Assembly (NCBI GenBank): GCA_963834015.1
Contig: CAWIAG010000004.1
Location: forward strand, 1,749,926-1,813,925
DNA: 64,000 nucleotides
Direction: 5' to 3'
From: an uncultured Ignavibacteriales bacterium
Lineage (GTDB): Bacteria; Bacteroidota; Ignavibacteria; Ignavibacteriales; Ignavibacteriaceae
Of the stretch, positions 38,257-48,803 are shown one piece after another. A program made the translations under genes and the position numbers. Each line of letters starts with the position of its first letter. Within the stretch, counting starts at the first letter, position 1. Under the pieces are notes generated by a model. The model was given only the letters and a program-made list of their open reading frames with translations. It was not told the origin of the DNA and ran no database searches.

Positions 38257-38793
38257 ATTTCACCTATTTTAAGAATTTAAAAAAATAGAATTAAACGTCC
38301 TTTCCGGCCAGGGAACCTGGTTGTCCGGACATTATTTTAAAACCATAAGTAATTATAACAAAAAGAAAATGATGATTCAGTTTTAATTCAGACTGAAATC
38401 TAGTCAGTCAAAGTTAATCAGATTCCATAATATATTTCAAAGTTATGAATAGGGAAGCGCCATTTTAAACAGAGTCTTTAAAACGAAGTGTTATTTATAA
38501 AACGGATGAACCTCACTTGATTAGGCTAACATTCATTTTCAGAGATTTTTATGCAGATTAGTTTTCTTATAAAAGTATATTTAAGTTTAGAATTATTATA
38601 CCAGCGCTATTCTCCTTCATTCAACTCAATACTTAACCCTGCCCGGTAATCAGAATACGGATAAGCCGGCAATATTTGCAGATTATTATTTCCTGGAGGC
38701 TATTAAAAGATACCTGGCTTTATAGAGAAAAAAAACGGGAACGGGAGACCGGATATTTAAATCGAATGAGACATTCAGGATTTATTTACGTTA

Positions 38794-38976
38794 TTACAAC
38801 CTTTTTGTCAACAGAAAGAGCTTTTGCCTGATAGCCAATTCTTTCACTATTTCACGCATCACTTCTCTATCGTATTCCCTAAAGAAATCAAGCTCACCAA
38901 ATAATTTTATTAATGTTTCATCTTCAAGATGCTTTAATGAAACATGTACTTTCAATATTTCTTTTTTCATAATCAA
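38794..38976 (-). CDS. Small hypothetical helical protein downstream of the hybrid kinase
   Basis: 60-aa ORF starting 20 nt after the kinase stop, on the same strand. No recognisable family. Confidence 0.3.
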   Translation of the reverse strand: MIMKKEILKVHVSLKHLEDETLIKLFGELDFFREYDREVMREIVKELAIRQKLFLLTKRL

Positions 38977-38995
38977 TTAAATTTTTTATTAAAGA

Positions 38996-41359
38996 TTAAT
39001 TCGTTTTAACCAATCCTTTTATCATATCAATTAATTCTTTTTTATAGAACGGTTTGGCTAGATAGCTTGTAAATCCCTGCTCCAGGAACATTCTTTTATG
39101 CTTCTCGGAAGCATAGCCGGTAATTGCGATTGAGGGAGTTTCCCGATAATTATCCAACTGCCTGATTTGTTTTAAGACTTCTATCCCGGACATGCCCTGG
39201 CCAAGGTTGATGTCTATAAGGAGCAGATCAAAGTTTGAATTTTTTGCACGATTAACCGCCTCTTCGCCGTTATTAACTGAAGATATCTCCCAGTATTTTT
39301 TTAAAAACATCTCTACTACCTCTACATTCAACAAGTTATCCTCAACAAGTAGTATTTTTAATTGTCTATTAAGGAGCGATTCCAGCGATGATAAATTGAT
39401 ACCCGTGCCAGTTACCGTAGTGGGCTTATTATTAAAAGGGATGTTACATTTATTAACAGGGATGAGTACTGAAAAATTCGATCCCTTGTGCCATTCACTT
39501 TCAACCAGGATTTTAATTCCCAATAATTGGGCCATCCTGTTGGCTAATGATAAGCCTAATCCCAATCCTTCAAATTCCCGGTGGAAGCCTTCGCTTACCT
39601 GCCTGAACTTCCGGAAGATAATCTCGTAATTTTCCTTTTTTATACCTATGCCCGTATCTTTCACATTAATTAATGTAAATTCATTTCCCTCATATCTAAT
39701 CTCATTATTTAATTCAACACGAACAATACCCGTTTTAGTATACTTAATTGCATTTTCAACCAGGTTGGAAATGATACCGTATAAAAGATATTCATCGCTT
39801 ATTATTTTAATCCCGTTTTGCGGGATGTCAAGTTCAAATTGCAGATTTTTTTCGGCTGCCCTCTGTTCATAAGATGATTTGAGAGTTGTGCAGAAAAAAT
39901 TCAAATCAATTTCTTTATAATTCGGTCTATAGTTTTTACTTTCAAGCTCCGTGGAGGCAAGTATTAAATTCAAAGTTTGCAAAAGGCGCTTCCCGGAGAG
40001 TGTAATTTTTTCAATTATTAAAGACAACTCAAGATTCTTTTCATTTTCCGATAGCAGTTGAGCAAAACCGAGAACTGCATTTAACGGTGTTCTTAGTTCG
40101 TGCGATATGTTGGCGATAAGCAGGGATTTTGTTTTATTCGCTTCTTCCGCCTCACCTTTAGATTCTATCAGTTCCGCCTCAATTTTTTTGCGGTTTGTTA
40201 TATCATCTTCCACAGAAAGGAAATGGGTAATTACACCTTCATCATTTCTAACCGGTGATACAGACACAGACACAGGGCAGTATTCTCCCGATTTCTTCTT
40301 GATCTCCAGTTCCCCTTTCCAGTTATTGCCTGCAAGGATAGTGTTACAAAGGTCTTTGTAAAGTTCTTCCGTTTGCCGGTCTGATTTAAATATCCGGGGA
40401 GACTGCCCTATCAATTCTTCTTTCTCAAAACCGGTCAACCCGGTCATTTGCTTGTTACTGTAAATGATCTGCCCGTTAATACCGGTTAAAAAAATACCCG
40501 ACGAAATTTGTTCAAGGGCAGTTGAAAGTAAACGGAGCTGTTCATTTGCGGATTTTGATTCGGAAATTTCATACTGGGTGTATTTTTCTTCCAATTCTTT
40601 TAACTTATTTTCTGCCGATTTTCTTAATTGAATTTCATCCTGTAAATTGTTGATCGTATGCTCGAAAAGAATATTTTTTTCCTTAACAAGCATACTGAGC
40701 TCATCGTTCACTCTTTCCATGTCATGTATTTTTTTCCTATGAAGAGAGACATTGCTGCATGTACCGTATAACCGGGTTATAAAGGGCATGTTTGACTCCC
40801 GCACCGGGAAAAACGAAAAATTATACCATGCAATATTTCTTGTGCCGTGCAGGAGCCTTATCTCCACAAATTTTCTTTCCCCGTTTATAGCCTCTGCCAG
40901 GGCCTCCTGAAAATAAGAATAATCGTCATAATGAAGAACGTTTCTGCTTAAATCAACATCCAGTAATGTTTCAAACGGGTACCCCATTTGATCTGAAAAA
41001 TTTTTATTTATCCATTCCAATTTCAAATTGTTTTTGCCGGAAACTATGATTGAAAAGATAAAATCGGTAAAAAGCCCTGTGATAAAATTTAAACGTTCCT
41101 GAACAGATGCATATTGTTCTATCCTGGTGTTTATTCCATTAATTTCATCTTTCAATTTTTTTATAATGGATTTTGCTTCAGTAATTTTTTCAGCTTGAGA
41201 ATTTATGATCAGTTCCTTTTCATTCTCTGAATTTTTGTTATTGCCTACTTCGGGATTTTTACCCGGGGCCAGGTTAATTCCGTTATTATTCACATTTTTT
41301 GAACTTTCATCTTTTGAACTCATATTCTCCCGCCTATTCTTTTGTAAATTTATTTTCAT
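38996..41359 (-). CDS. Hybrid sensor histidine kinase (coiled coil, PAS domains, HisKA, HATPase_c, C-terminal receiver)
   Basis: H-box ISHELRTPLNAV, G-boxes DTGIGI and GLGLGLSLANRM, receiver KILLVEDN...LLLIDINL. PAS-like segments include GIFLTGINGQIIYSN. Confidence 0.9.
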   Translation of the reverse strand: MKINLQKNRRENMSSKDESSKNVNNNGINLAPGKNPEVGNNKNSENEKELIINSQAEKITEAKSIIKKLKDEINGINTRIEQYASVQERLNFITGLFTDFIFSIIVSGKNNLKLEWINKNFSDQMGYPFETLLDVDLSRNVLHYDDYSYFQEALAEAINGERKFVEIRLLHGTRNIAWYNFSFFPVRESNMPFITRLYGTCSNVSLHRKKIHDMERVNDELSMLVKEKNILFEHTINNLQDEIQLRKSAENKLKELEEKYTQYEISESKSANEQLRLLSTALEQISSGIFLTGINGQIIYSNKQMTGLTGFEKEELIGQSPRIFKSDRQTEELYKDLCNTILAGNNWKGELEIKKKSGEYCPVSVSVSPVRNDEGVITHFLSVEDDITNRKKIEAELIESKGEAEEANKTKSLLIANISHELRTPLNAVLGFAQLLSENEKNLELSLIIEKITLSGKRLLQTLNLILASTELESKNYRPNYKEIDLNFFCTTLKSSYEQRAAEKNLQFELDIPQNGIKIISDEYLLYGIISNLVENAIKYTKTGIVRVELNNEIRYEGNEFTLINVKDTGIGIKKENYEIIFRKFRQVSEGFHREFEGLGLGLSLANRMAQLLGIKILVESEWHKGSNFSVLIPVNKCNIPFNNKPTTVTGTGINLSSLESLLNRQLKILLVEDNLLNVEVVEMFLKKYWEISSVNNGEEAVNRAKNSNFDLLLIDINLGQGMSGIEVLKQIRQLDNYRETPSIAITGYASEKHKRMFLEQGFTSYLAKPFYKKELIDMIKGLVKTN

Positions 41360-41374
41360 TACTTCCTGTTACCG

Positions 41375-41413
41375 GAGGTATACCCCCGCCGCCGCCGGCG
41401 GGGGTATACCCTC
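41375..41413. other. Perfect 17-bp GC-rich hairpin immediately upstream of the hybrid-kinase RBS
   Basis: gaggtatacccccgccg (41375-41391), loop ccgcc, then cggcgggggtatacctc (41397-41413). On the minus strand it is followed by cggtaacaggaagtaATG. Confidence 0.7.
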
Positions 41414-41538
41414 TTTTGAATAATGCTGTTATGCAGAACTATTAACTTGCGGCCTTTTAATAAAAATTCATTTTTATTGAATTTTACCTGTTAAAAGTTC
41501 TGATTCAAAAATGGTAAATAGACTGAAGAGCGGGTATA

Positions 41539-41597
41539 ACAGATTGTGTGATACTCTTGTAACAGAATTAAACGCGGCTGTCACAGATTATGTGACA
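41539..41597. promoter_or_regulatory. Candidate regulator-binding sites: three acaga(t/a)t repeats and one 7-5-7 palindrome
   Basis: acagatt at 41539, acagaat at 41562 and acagatt at 41583, spaced 23 and 21 bp. The palindrome tgtcaca-gatta-tgtgaca spans 41579-41597. All lie in the intergenic region 180-240 nt upstream of the hybrid kinase. Confidence 0.25.
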
Positions 41598-41624
41598 AAG
41601 TTATAGGATTAGAGGGACGAAAGG

Positions 41625-41671
41625 GTTATAAAGAAATCATTAACACCGCGATAAATTGCGGTGTTAATGAT
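41625..41671 (-). terminator. Terminator-like hairpin after the PKD-repeat gene
   Basis: A 15-bp stem pairs aatcattaacaccgc (41634-41648) with gcggtgttaatgatt (41657-41671). On the minus strand it is followed by tctttataa. Confidence 0.55.
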
Positions 41672-41693
41672 TAAGCACAGGGGATAAGGGAAA

Positions 41694-44600
41694 TTATTCC
41701 CTGACTTTTACTGTTAAGTTAAATGATTTCTTAACCCTGCCGCAGACTGTACCGGTTTGGTCGTCAACAAGCAGTTCAACTTTATATATTCCTTCTTGTT
41801 TATATTTATGAAATACAATCGGCAAAGCAGATGATTCACCATCCCCAAATTTCCAGACTATCTTTAATAAATTCCCATCGGCATCGACCACGTTGGATGC
41901 ATCGAATTTAACTTCGTCATTTGCACTGTTTATATAAACAACAGAATCCTGCAATTCAGGAATCTGAGGCGGTTCAACTGCATAAACCAGTGTTGAATCA
42001 CTATAAAAAATATTATTCATTCCATCGCTCAAAACAAAATAGTAAATATATTTACCGCTTTTCTGAACAGAATGATTTAATATCCTGCTATCGGAGTTAA
42101 ATAAACCGTTTTTGCCGTTCCATTTAAATTTAAACTCGGCGTCTTTAAATTCCGTTCGAATTACCGGGTTTACGGTAAACATCTCCCCGGCACAAACATT
42201 GATAGATTTGGGAATAGAGCAATCCGGATAATTAATTACTTTCAGGTACTTTGTAGATTCACTAATGCTGTTTTGAGTATTTAATTTGTCTTTGACCACC
42301 AGCCTTATCTTATTTAAACCTGTGCGGCTGAAAATCGTTTTAAATTCAGCTTCATGTGAAACATCAACATCATTTACATACCATTCAAAATCAAGTTCAC
42401 CGCCGGAGTTGGAAGATTTGCTTCCATCCAGTTCAATCTGTTCATTTACAAATAAGTATTCAGGCAGTGAAAAATCAGCAACAGGCTCATCAAAAATATT
42501 TAAATAAATTGTATCCCTGTCGGTGTTATTCTCAACATTTGTATTATCGGTAACTGTTAAAATAACCCTGTACTTCCCTTTGAAAGAATAGGAATGCAAT
42601 ACGGAAATTCCTTTACCGGTAGAGCCGTCGCCGAAATCCCAAATATATTTGGATATACTACCGTCGGGGTCAAATGATTTTTTACCGTCAAATGAAACCG
42701 GTTGATAAACTGCAGCCGTTTGTACAGAACCTATTTTTGCAACCGGGGGAGCATTAACAGAAACCGGCTTTAAAAATAAAGCGGAACTGCATTCATTTTT
42801 AGAATCCGTTTGAATTCTAAGAGTTACGGTAAAATTGCCGGACTTTGAATAGGTGTGGTTTACAACTTTTCCTTTTGTGTAAGAACTATCACCAAAATCC
42901 CAGTTATAATCTGTAATGTTTCCCACACTAGTTGAACTGGAAGATGCATCAAATACCTGCAAAGAATTCTGAGGAATGGAATCGCATGAAGCAAACGAAG
43001 CATAAGGAGCGTCCACAACCGTAACGGTTATCTTATCTAAAGATGTATTATCGCAGCTTCCTTTTTCATTTCCCGTAATCGTGAGCGTAACTTTATATTT
43101 GCCCGTCTTATAGTATGTGTGAACAGGCCTTGCCCCGGCGCCGGTTTCGCCATCGCCGAAATCCCAATCATAGCTTGCAATGGTTCCTCCGGCAGCGGTG
43201 GATTTAGAACCGTCAAATTTAATTTGTGAATTGGCACAAATAATAGTATCGCTGCCCGCGTTTGCAATAGGCGCTTCGTTAACATTCAAAAGTTTTGTAG
43301 TAATAGCCGAACTGCAGGCTAAACCGGAATTATCGGTTACTGTTAAAATAACTTTATGCGCCCCGCCTTTTTTGAATACTTTAAATACACTGCTTCCTGA
43401 TAAATGGGAAGAATCATCAAACGACCATAAATAATCCAGTTGAGTATTGTCGAAAGACCTGGATTTTAAACCGTTCAATATTACTATATCGCCGGCACAA
43501 ACTGTAGTATCAGCTCCTGCATCAGCAACAGGAGGGCGGTGAATTTTTACTGTAATGTTTTTCTTTACGGAAGAATTAGACAAGTTAAGCCCGTCGTTTA
43601 CCGTTAATGTAACCGGAAAAACACCGTAGTCCTTAAAATTATGAGTAATAATTCCGCTTCCCAGAACTTCCTTTTGATCCGGGAAAGTCCAGGAGTAGCT
43701 CAACTGGTCGCCGTCCGGATCGTATGAACCCGAGGCATCAAAAGTAATTATTTTATTGCACGATTCAATATATTCCTGTGTCTTTATAACAGGCGGCGTG
43801 TTGATCTTTATGTATATTGTGTCCGGGACATTAGAATTGGCAACACCGGCATTGTCGGTAACAGTTAAAACTGCGCAGTACAAACCCGATTTATTGAATG
43901 ACCTTTCTACTACTTTTCCTGTTTTCATCAAGCCGTCGCTGAATACCCATGAATAGAATTTTATAGTACCATCGACATCGTATGATTTGGAGGCATCAAA
44001 CCTTAACTTTTGATTCGGGACGGCGATGGCAGTATATTCAATTTTAGGAACCGGCGGCGAGTTGACTATTACTTTTGCATAATCCACACTTGATAAAGGC
44101 TTAACAAAATCATCTGTAACTTCAAGCCCTACTGTATAAGTTCCGGGTTCTTTGAATGCATATTCAAACCGTCTGCCTTCCGAAATGAATTTATTATCTA
44201 CAAACCACCTGCTTTTGAGGGCTCTTCCATCGGGATCAACGGAGCGCGAGCTGCTGAAGCTAACCGTTTGTCCCGGGGCAACCACCTGGTCCGGGCCTAT
44301 ATCCGCAACCGGCCTTCTATCTATTATTACTTTTGAAGTATCAAAAGCAGAATTATTCTTTGCTTCGGTATTATCATATACCTGCAGTGTAACAGTGTAA
44401 GCACCGGCTGTTCTGTAAGTATGCGAAACTGTTTTCCCTTCATCAGTATAGCCGTCTCCAAAATCCCAGATATATCTTGTAATAGTGCCGTCTACATCGT
44501 AAGATTTTGAACCGTCAAAAACTGCATAACCGTTGTTCAGGTACTGATCATTTACAATTTTTGCAACAGGCTGCGCATTAACCGTGATTTCAACAGAGTC

Positions 44601-46472
44601 AATATTAGTATCGGTAACGGTTTCCGAATTATCCCTGACTTTTAATGAGACTATATATTTACCGTATTTAGGATAACTGTGGTAAACTTTTATGCCGCTG
44701 GCTATGGTTCCATCCCCAAAATTCCATTCGAAGTTATTAATTTTATAGCCCTCTGTTGTAGATTTTGAACCGTCAAACAATAGATTTTCATCAGTTGCCA
44801 CAACCCTGTTGGAACCAAGATTGGGAACAGGCTGGTTATGAATTACAACGTTTACGAATGCCGACGAAGTATTATTTGATGCATCGGTATTATCTTTAAC
44901 TGTTAATTTTACCTTGTAACTTCCGGTTTCAGAGAAGCTTTGTGTAACAATTTTTCCTTCTTTTTTACCGAGGGTTCCGAAATCCCAAATATACTGCACA
45001 ATATTTCCATCAGGGTCAAAGCTGGGCGAAGCATCAAAAGTTAACGGTTGACCAGGGGGAGCAGTAAGCCTTTCTTTTGTCTTTGCGACAGGCTGCATAT
45101 TAATGAATATTGAAATGCCGGTTGTATCAAGATTACAAACCTGTTTGGAAGTTTCTTCAACCGTTAGAACAACTGAATACCTGCCCGGATTTTTATAAGT
45201 ATGTAATACTTTAATTCCGCTGCCTGTCTCACCGTCTCCAAAAGACCAGGTATACTTTGTAAGATTGGGATTGTTTACAACTGATTTACTTCCGTCGAAT
45301 TGGACCTTCTCATTAAGCGCCCTGACCAAATCGGTGCCGGCATCAGCTTTTGGTTTAGGCAATATATTAACTTCGTAAGGTTCCAGTTTTGCGCGGGTGA
45401 TAGCATTTGACTGTTCTTCCACCAAAACTTCTTCGTTATATTTTCCCGGGCCGGGAAATTCCTGCCAACATATATCACCATTGCATTTTGCAGCCGGCCC
45501 GTCAGGCCAGTTAAAAATTAAACCATAATTTTCAGGTGAATTTGTGCCCGAAAAATCGAGTTCGGCGCTAAAGCAGCCGGTTTGTTTTATTTGCTTTACT
45601 ATGTTGGGTATAGTTGCCGGTACTTTATTATAGTAAGGCAGTTGAATGGGAAGTTTTTTCCCCTGCTTGTCTGTGAAATAAAAAGTTATATCATTTATAC
45701 TGTGCATTTCAGGGCCGAAATCGAGAGCACATAAATTACCCCTTTCATATTTACTCAAAGGAACTTTTATGCTTGACCAATTTTGGGGATCATTTTCAGT
45801 CAATGGAATTCCATCCCGGAGCAGAGTACTCAGGGCGATATTAGTGCCGTCAAAATCAAAGGTATGAATATTTATTTCGTCATCATTCTTGCCGGGCATG
45901 GTTATAAAAGAAACCTTCATTGGATTTTTCGCCAGTTGAATTGTCGGCTCATAAGAATAAAACTTTACATTATTTATTGTCCTGTTCTGGGATGGTTCGG
46001 AACTGATAAACAATTCAAATACGTTGCCGTCATGGCCTTCGATGCCCTGGGAAACCAGAGTATATACAGACCCGGAATCATTGGGGACACCTGCAAGCAA
46101 TGCCCAGCGTTCAAGATATTTTTTATCATTGCCTACTTCAATTTGTTTAATCAAACTGCTTTGTATTCTTGCCTTAAAATCACCGGGGCTTAACAAGCTG
46201 TCTTCCGGAATTTCACCTTTGTAAAGAGAGAACCGGAACTTAGAATCCCAATTTCCAATTCGTTCATCTAAAGAAGAGCCGCATGCAGCATCAAAAATCC
46301 TGACATAGGCCATACCTTTATAGCCGGCCGGCAGTTTAAAATGAATGGCCTGAATATAGTTGTCATCGCCTTCACCCGGGCTAGCCTGGGGGCCGAAATT
46401 TATAAATCTTAACCTTGTTTGAGCGTTTACAATAAGAGGCAGTAATAACAATAGTAAAAGTAATTTTTTCAT
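41694..46472 (-). CDS. Secreted 1592-aa protein: unknown N-terminal region of about 370 aa followed by about 13 PKD-type Ig repeats
   Basis: Signal peptide MKKLLLLLLLLPLIVNAQ. W(D/S/N)FGDG..G motifs recur with a period of about 90 aa. Confidence 0.85.
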   Translation of the reverse strand: MKKLLLLLLLLPLIVNAQTRLRFINFGPQASPGEGDDNYIQAIHFKLPAGYKGMAYVRIFDAACGSSLDERIGNWDSKFRFSLYKGEIPEDSLLSPGDFKARIQSSLIKQIEVGNDKKYLERWALLAGVPNDSGSVYTLVSQGIEGHDGNVFELFISSEPSQNRTINNVKFYSYEPTIQLAKNPMKVSFITMPGKNDDEINIHTFDFDGTNIALSTLLRDGIPLTENDPQNWSSIKVPLSKYERGNLCALDFGPEMHSINDITFYFTDKQGKKLPIQLPYYNKVPATIPNIVKQIKQTGCFSAELDFSGTNSPENYGLIFNWPDGPAAKCNGDICWQEFPGPGKYNEEVLVEEQSNAITRAKLEPYEVNILPKPKADAGTDLVRALNEKVQFDGSKSVVNNPNLTKYTWSFGDGETGSGIKVLHTYKNPGRYSVVLTVEETSKQVCNLDTTGISIFINMQPVAKTKERLTAPPGQPLTFDASPSFDPDGNIVQYIWDFGTLGKKEGKIVTQSFSETGSYKVKLTVKDNTDASNNTSSAFVNVVIHNQPVPNLGSNRVVATDENLLFDGSKSTTEGYKINNFEWNFGDGTIASGIKVYHSYPKYGKYIVSLKVRDNSETVTDTNIDSVEITVNAQPVAKIVNDQYLNNGYAVFDGSKSYDVDGTITRYIWDFGDGYTDEGKTVSHTYRTAGAYTVTLQVYDNTEAKNNSAFDTSKVIIDRRPVADIGPDQVVAPGQTVSFSSSRSVDPDGRALKSRWFVDNKFISEGRRFEYAFKEPGTYTVGLEVTDDFVKPLSSVDYAKVIVNSPPVPKIEYTAIAVPNQKLRFDASKSYDVDGTIKFYSWVFSDGLMKTGKVVERSFNKSGLYCAVLTVTDNAGVANSNVPDTIYIKINTPPVIKTQEYIESCNKIITFDASGSYDPDGDQLSYSWTFPDQKEVLGSGIITHNFKDYGVFPVTLTVNDGLNLSNSSVKKNITVKIHRPPVADAGADTTVCAGDIVILNGLKSRSFDNTQLDYLWSFDDSSHLSGSSVFKVFKKGGAHKVILTVTDNSGLACSSAITTKLLNVNEAPIANAGSDTIICANSQIKFDGSKSTAAGGTIASYDWDFGDGETGAGARPVHTYYKTGKYKVTLTITGNEKGSCDNTSLDKITVTVVDAPYASFASCDSIPQNSLQVFDASSSSTSVGNITDYNWDFGDSSYTKGKVVNHTYSKSGNFTVTLRIQTDSKNECSSALFLKPVSVNAPPVAKIGSVQTAAVYQPVSFDGKKSFDPDGSISKYIWDFGDGSTGKGISVLHSYSFKGKYRVILTVTDNTNVENNTDRDTIYLNIFDEPVADFSLPEYLFVNEQIELDGSKSSNSGGELDFEWYVNDVDVSHEAEFKTIFSRTGLNKIRLVVKDKLNTQNSISESTKYLKVINYPDCSIPKSINVCAGEMFTVNPVIRTEFKDAEFKFKWNGKNGLFNSDSRILNHSVQKSGKYIYYFVLSDGMNNIFYSDSTLVYAVEPPQIPELQDSVVYINSANDEVKFDASNVVDADGNLLKIVWKFGDGESSALPIVFHKYKQEGIYKVELLVDDQTGTVCGRVKKSFNLTVKVRE

Positions 46473-46482
46473 CTTTGTGTCC

Positions 46483-48801
46483 CTAATTTTTATTTAGCAA
46501 CAAGTAAGTTTTTTTGTTATTTAATTTATCTTCAAGTGTAACCGATTTAATCCGGGGCTTAATGTTATCTGCGCACATAAATGTCAGCTCATAAAGCCCG
46601 GCAGCGGAATTATAAGGCAGAATTTCGGTAAGCCTACTGCCATTTAAACTTAGTTCAACTTCAGCCGATTTACTTAGGCCTGTTTCATCATCAGCCTTAA
46701 CGCTAATTTGATAAAGATTATCGCCTATAATTTTTATATCCGATGATATTAACTTAGGAGGCTGGTCATCGCAAATGATTTTCTTTTCCAATGATTTAAT
46801 ATTTCCGTCTTTATTAACCGCCTCAATTGTAAAGGTGTTGTTAAAGCCGGTTAAATCCTGGGGGGAGTTGAATTCATTTTTTTCATTTAACGGAATTTTA
46901 ACTCCATTAATAAATAATTCTTCAGCACCTAAAACTTTGCCGCTAATGTTTATCTTTTTGTGATTAACAAAAGAAGGTACCGAAGGGTCAAGGATAATTT
47001 CAATGTTTTCGCTTTTCTTCAATACATTAAATGTTGAACTTTTTTCGAACCCGGCGGGTGTGATAACATTAATTAAAAATATTTCACCCAAATTATAAAA
47101 TGGAATTGAAAAATCACATTTGCCCAGAGAATCCGAGTAAGCAGTATATAACGATTGAGAATTTAATGATTCAACCCGAACGCGGGACAGGGGCCGTGTT
47201 GATAAATTAAGATTTAAAATATTTTTGGATGTATAATATGTTGAACTGCGGGTCAAGTCGCCGAAAACCGAATCCGATATTTTAATTTCGGGATCGGACT
47301 CAACAATAACTTTTCTATATATAGTGGTTGCATTACCGATTGGATTTTTTGACTCAATTTCAATTGTATTTTTACCTTCATTTAAAACTAAATCATATTC
47401 AAAACTGCCGTCAGTGCCTGTTACAACTTTATTATGGTTGACTAAAACCTTGCACCCGGAATTGGTTTTGCCTGTTATCTTCAGGCCTGTACTCCGCGAA
47501 ATAAAATTATCTGCGGGAAAATAAATATTTAAAAACGGTTTTGCCGTATCATGTAATATTATAACCGACCTGATCTCCGAAAATGGCCCGGGCAAACCCA
47601 GGCTGTCCACCGAACAAACATGCCAGTAATAAACGCCGGGCTTCAGCCCTGAAATTTCCAGCGAGCTGCCGGTATTTTTGTTGTATGATTTATCCACTAT
47701 TTTAAATGTTCCCGTGGTTGAAATTTCCATCGAATAATCAGGTACACCCGGGGCATTCTGCCAGTTAAATTTTACATTATTCCCTGTAACAGAAGAAAAA
47801 TCTTCCGGGTAGATTAATTCCGGCGGGGGGATTAATTTCCTTGGCTTTGACGGGTAACCGCCGTTAGGAATAACAGAACCCTGGTTTTTCTTTACGATAA
47901 CCGACGAATCCTTTACGCCGAGTGTAATTTCGCCGTTGTAATTTGCCAGCTTTGCATTTGCATTATTTTTTTCGATCCAAAAATATTTAGAGTTGATTTT
48001 TGTCCTTACGCCGGGAATATCAAGGTCGAATTTTTTCTTAGGGCTGTTCAAAAGCATTGCATAAGCATTACCTTTTTCAAGTTTAATTTTTGTATCGGTA
48101 TTATTCCCTATAACATCAACGCGGGATATTTGTATCTCTGCCTCCGAATTTTCATAAAGCTTGATCTGGCTTAGGTCATTAAAAGTAATATTAGCTAATG
48201 ATAAAGATAAAGTTCTTGCCCAGTCATTCTCTTTCAGGTTGTCGTATAGTTGGGCATTCTCCCAGTTTAAAACCGAAGGGAACATTTTTTGGACCGTGCC
48301 TTTTTTATACGAAATTACGGCATCCAAAGTTTTTTCTCTTATTTCCATTGTCTGGTTGTATGCTTTTTTTGCAAGTTTCACGGCTTCTATCAGATAATCA
48401 TGGGATGCATCAAAATCCAGGGAATTTTTAGCTTTTAATGCGTCATAATAATTACCTGATGATTTTTCCAAAAGATCGGGAGAGAGAATTTTAGCGCCTG
48501 CTTTAACTGCATCCTGTATGCTCCTGGAAGCATCATCAAACAATTCCAATAAATCTTTTACTTTCTTTTGTGGAATTGTTACCTCAACAGGTGATTGAAC
48601 GCTGCTTAGATCTTTGATGTTATTATATTTCAGTATATAAGTCCAAAGATCAGGATCGCTGAAATAATCCCGGGCTAACTTTCGCACGTCGGTCTGGTTG
48701 GTAATTGTAACCCGGATATTATCTTTTGTCTGAGCATTCAGGCTGAAGTATTGAAGCAGCATAAATGACAAAGCGGCGAATAAAATAATTTTACGAAACA
48801 T
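46483..48801 (-). CDS. Secreted LysM-like / FecR-like / Ig-fold multidomain protein
   Basis: Signal peptide. LysM-like segment VRKLARDYFSDPDLWTYILKYNNIKDLSSVQSPVEVTIP. FecR-like segment ISYKKGTVQKM...WENAQLYDNLKENDWARTLSLSLANITFNDLSQIKLYENSEAEI...KLEKGNAY. Fn3/Big-like C-terminal repeats. Confidence 0.55.
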   Translation of the reverse strand: MFRKIILFAALSFMLLQYFSLNAQTKDNIRVTITNQTDVRKLARDYFSDPDLWTYILKYNNIKDLSSVQSPVEVTIPQKKVKDLLELFDDASRSIQDAVKAGAKILSPDLLEKSSGNYYDALKAKNSLDFDASHDYLIEAVKLAKKAYNQTMEIREKTLDAVISYKKGTVQKMFPSVLNWENAQLYDNLKENDWARTLSLSLANITFNDLSQIKLYENSEAEIQISRVDVIGNNTDTKIKLEKGNAYAMLLNSPKKKFDLDIPGVRTKINSKYFWIEKNNANAKLANYNGEITLGVKDSSVIVKKNQGSVIPNGGYPSKPRKLIPPPELIYPEDFSSVTGNNVKFNWQNAPGVPDYSMEISTTGTFKIVDKSYNKNTGSSLEISGLKPGVYYWHVCSVDSLGLPGPFSEIRSVIILHDTAKPFLNIYFPADNFISRSTGLKITGKTNSGCKVLVNHNKVVTGTDGSFEYDLVLNEGKNTIEIESKNPIGNATTIYRKVIVESDPEIKISDSVFGDLTRSSTYYTSKNILNLNLSTRPLSRVRVESLNSQSLYTAYSDSLGKCDFSIPFYNLGEIFLINVITPAGFEKSSTFNVLKKSENIEIILDPSVPSFVNHKKINISGKVLGAEELFINGVKIPLNEKNEFNSPQDLTGFNNTFTIEAVNKDGNIKSLEKKIICDDQPPKLISSDIKIIGDNLYQISVKADDETGLSKSAEVELSLNGSRLTEILPYNSAAGLYELTFMCADNIKPRIKSVTLEDKLNNKKTYLLLNKN

Positions 48802-48803
48802 TT

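Noticed and set aside
41694-46472. The PKD-repeat protein as a diversity-generating retroelement target.
   Set aside because: No reverse transcriptase gene and no template-repeat/variable-repeat pair with adenine-specific differences is visible in the window.
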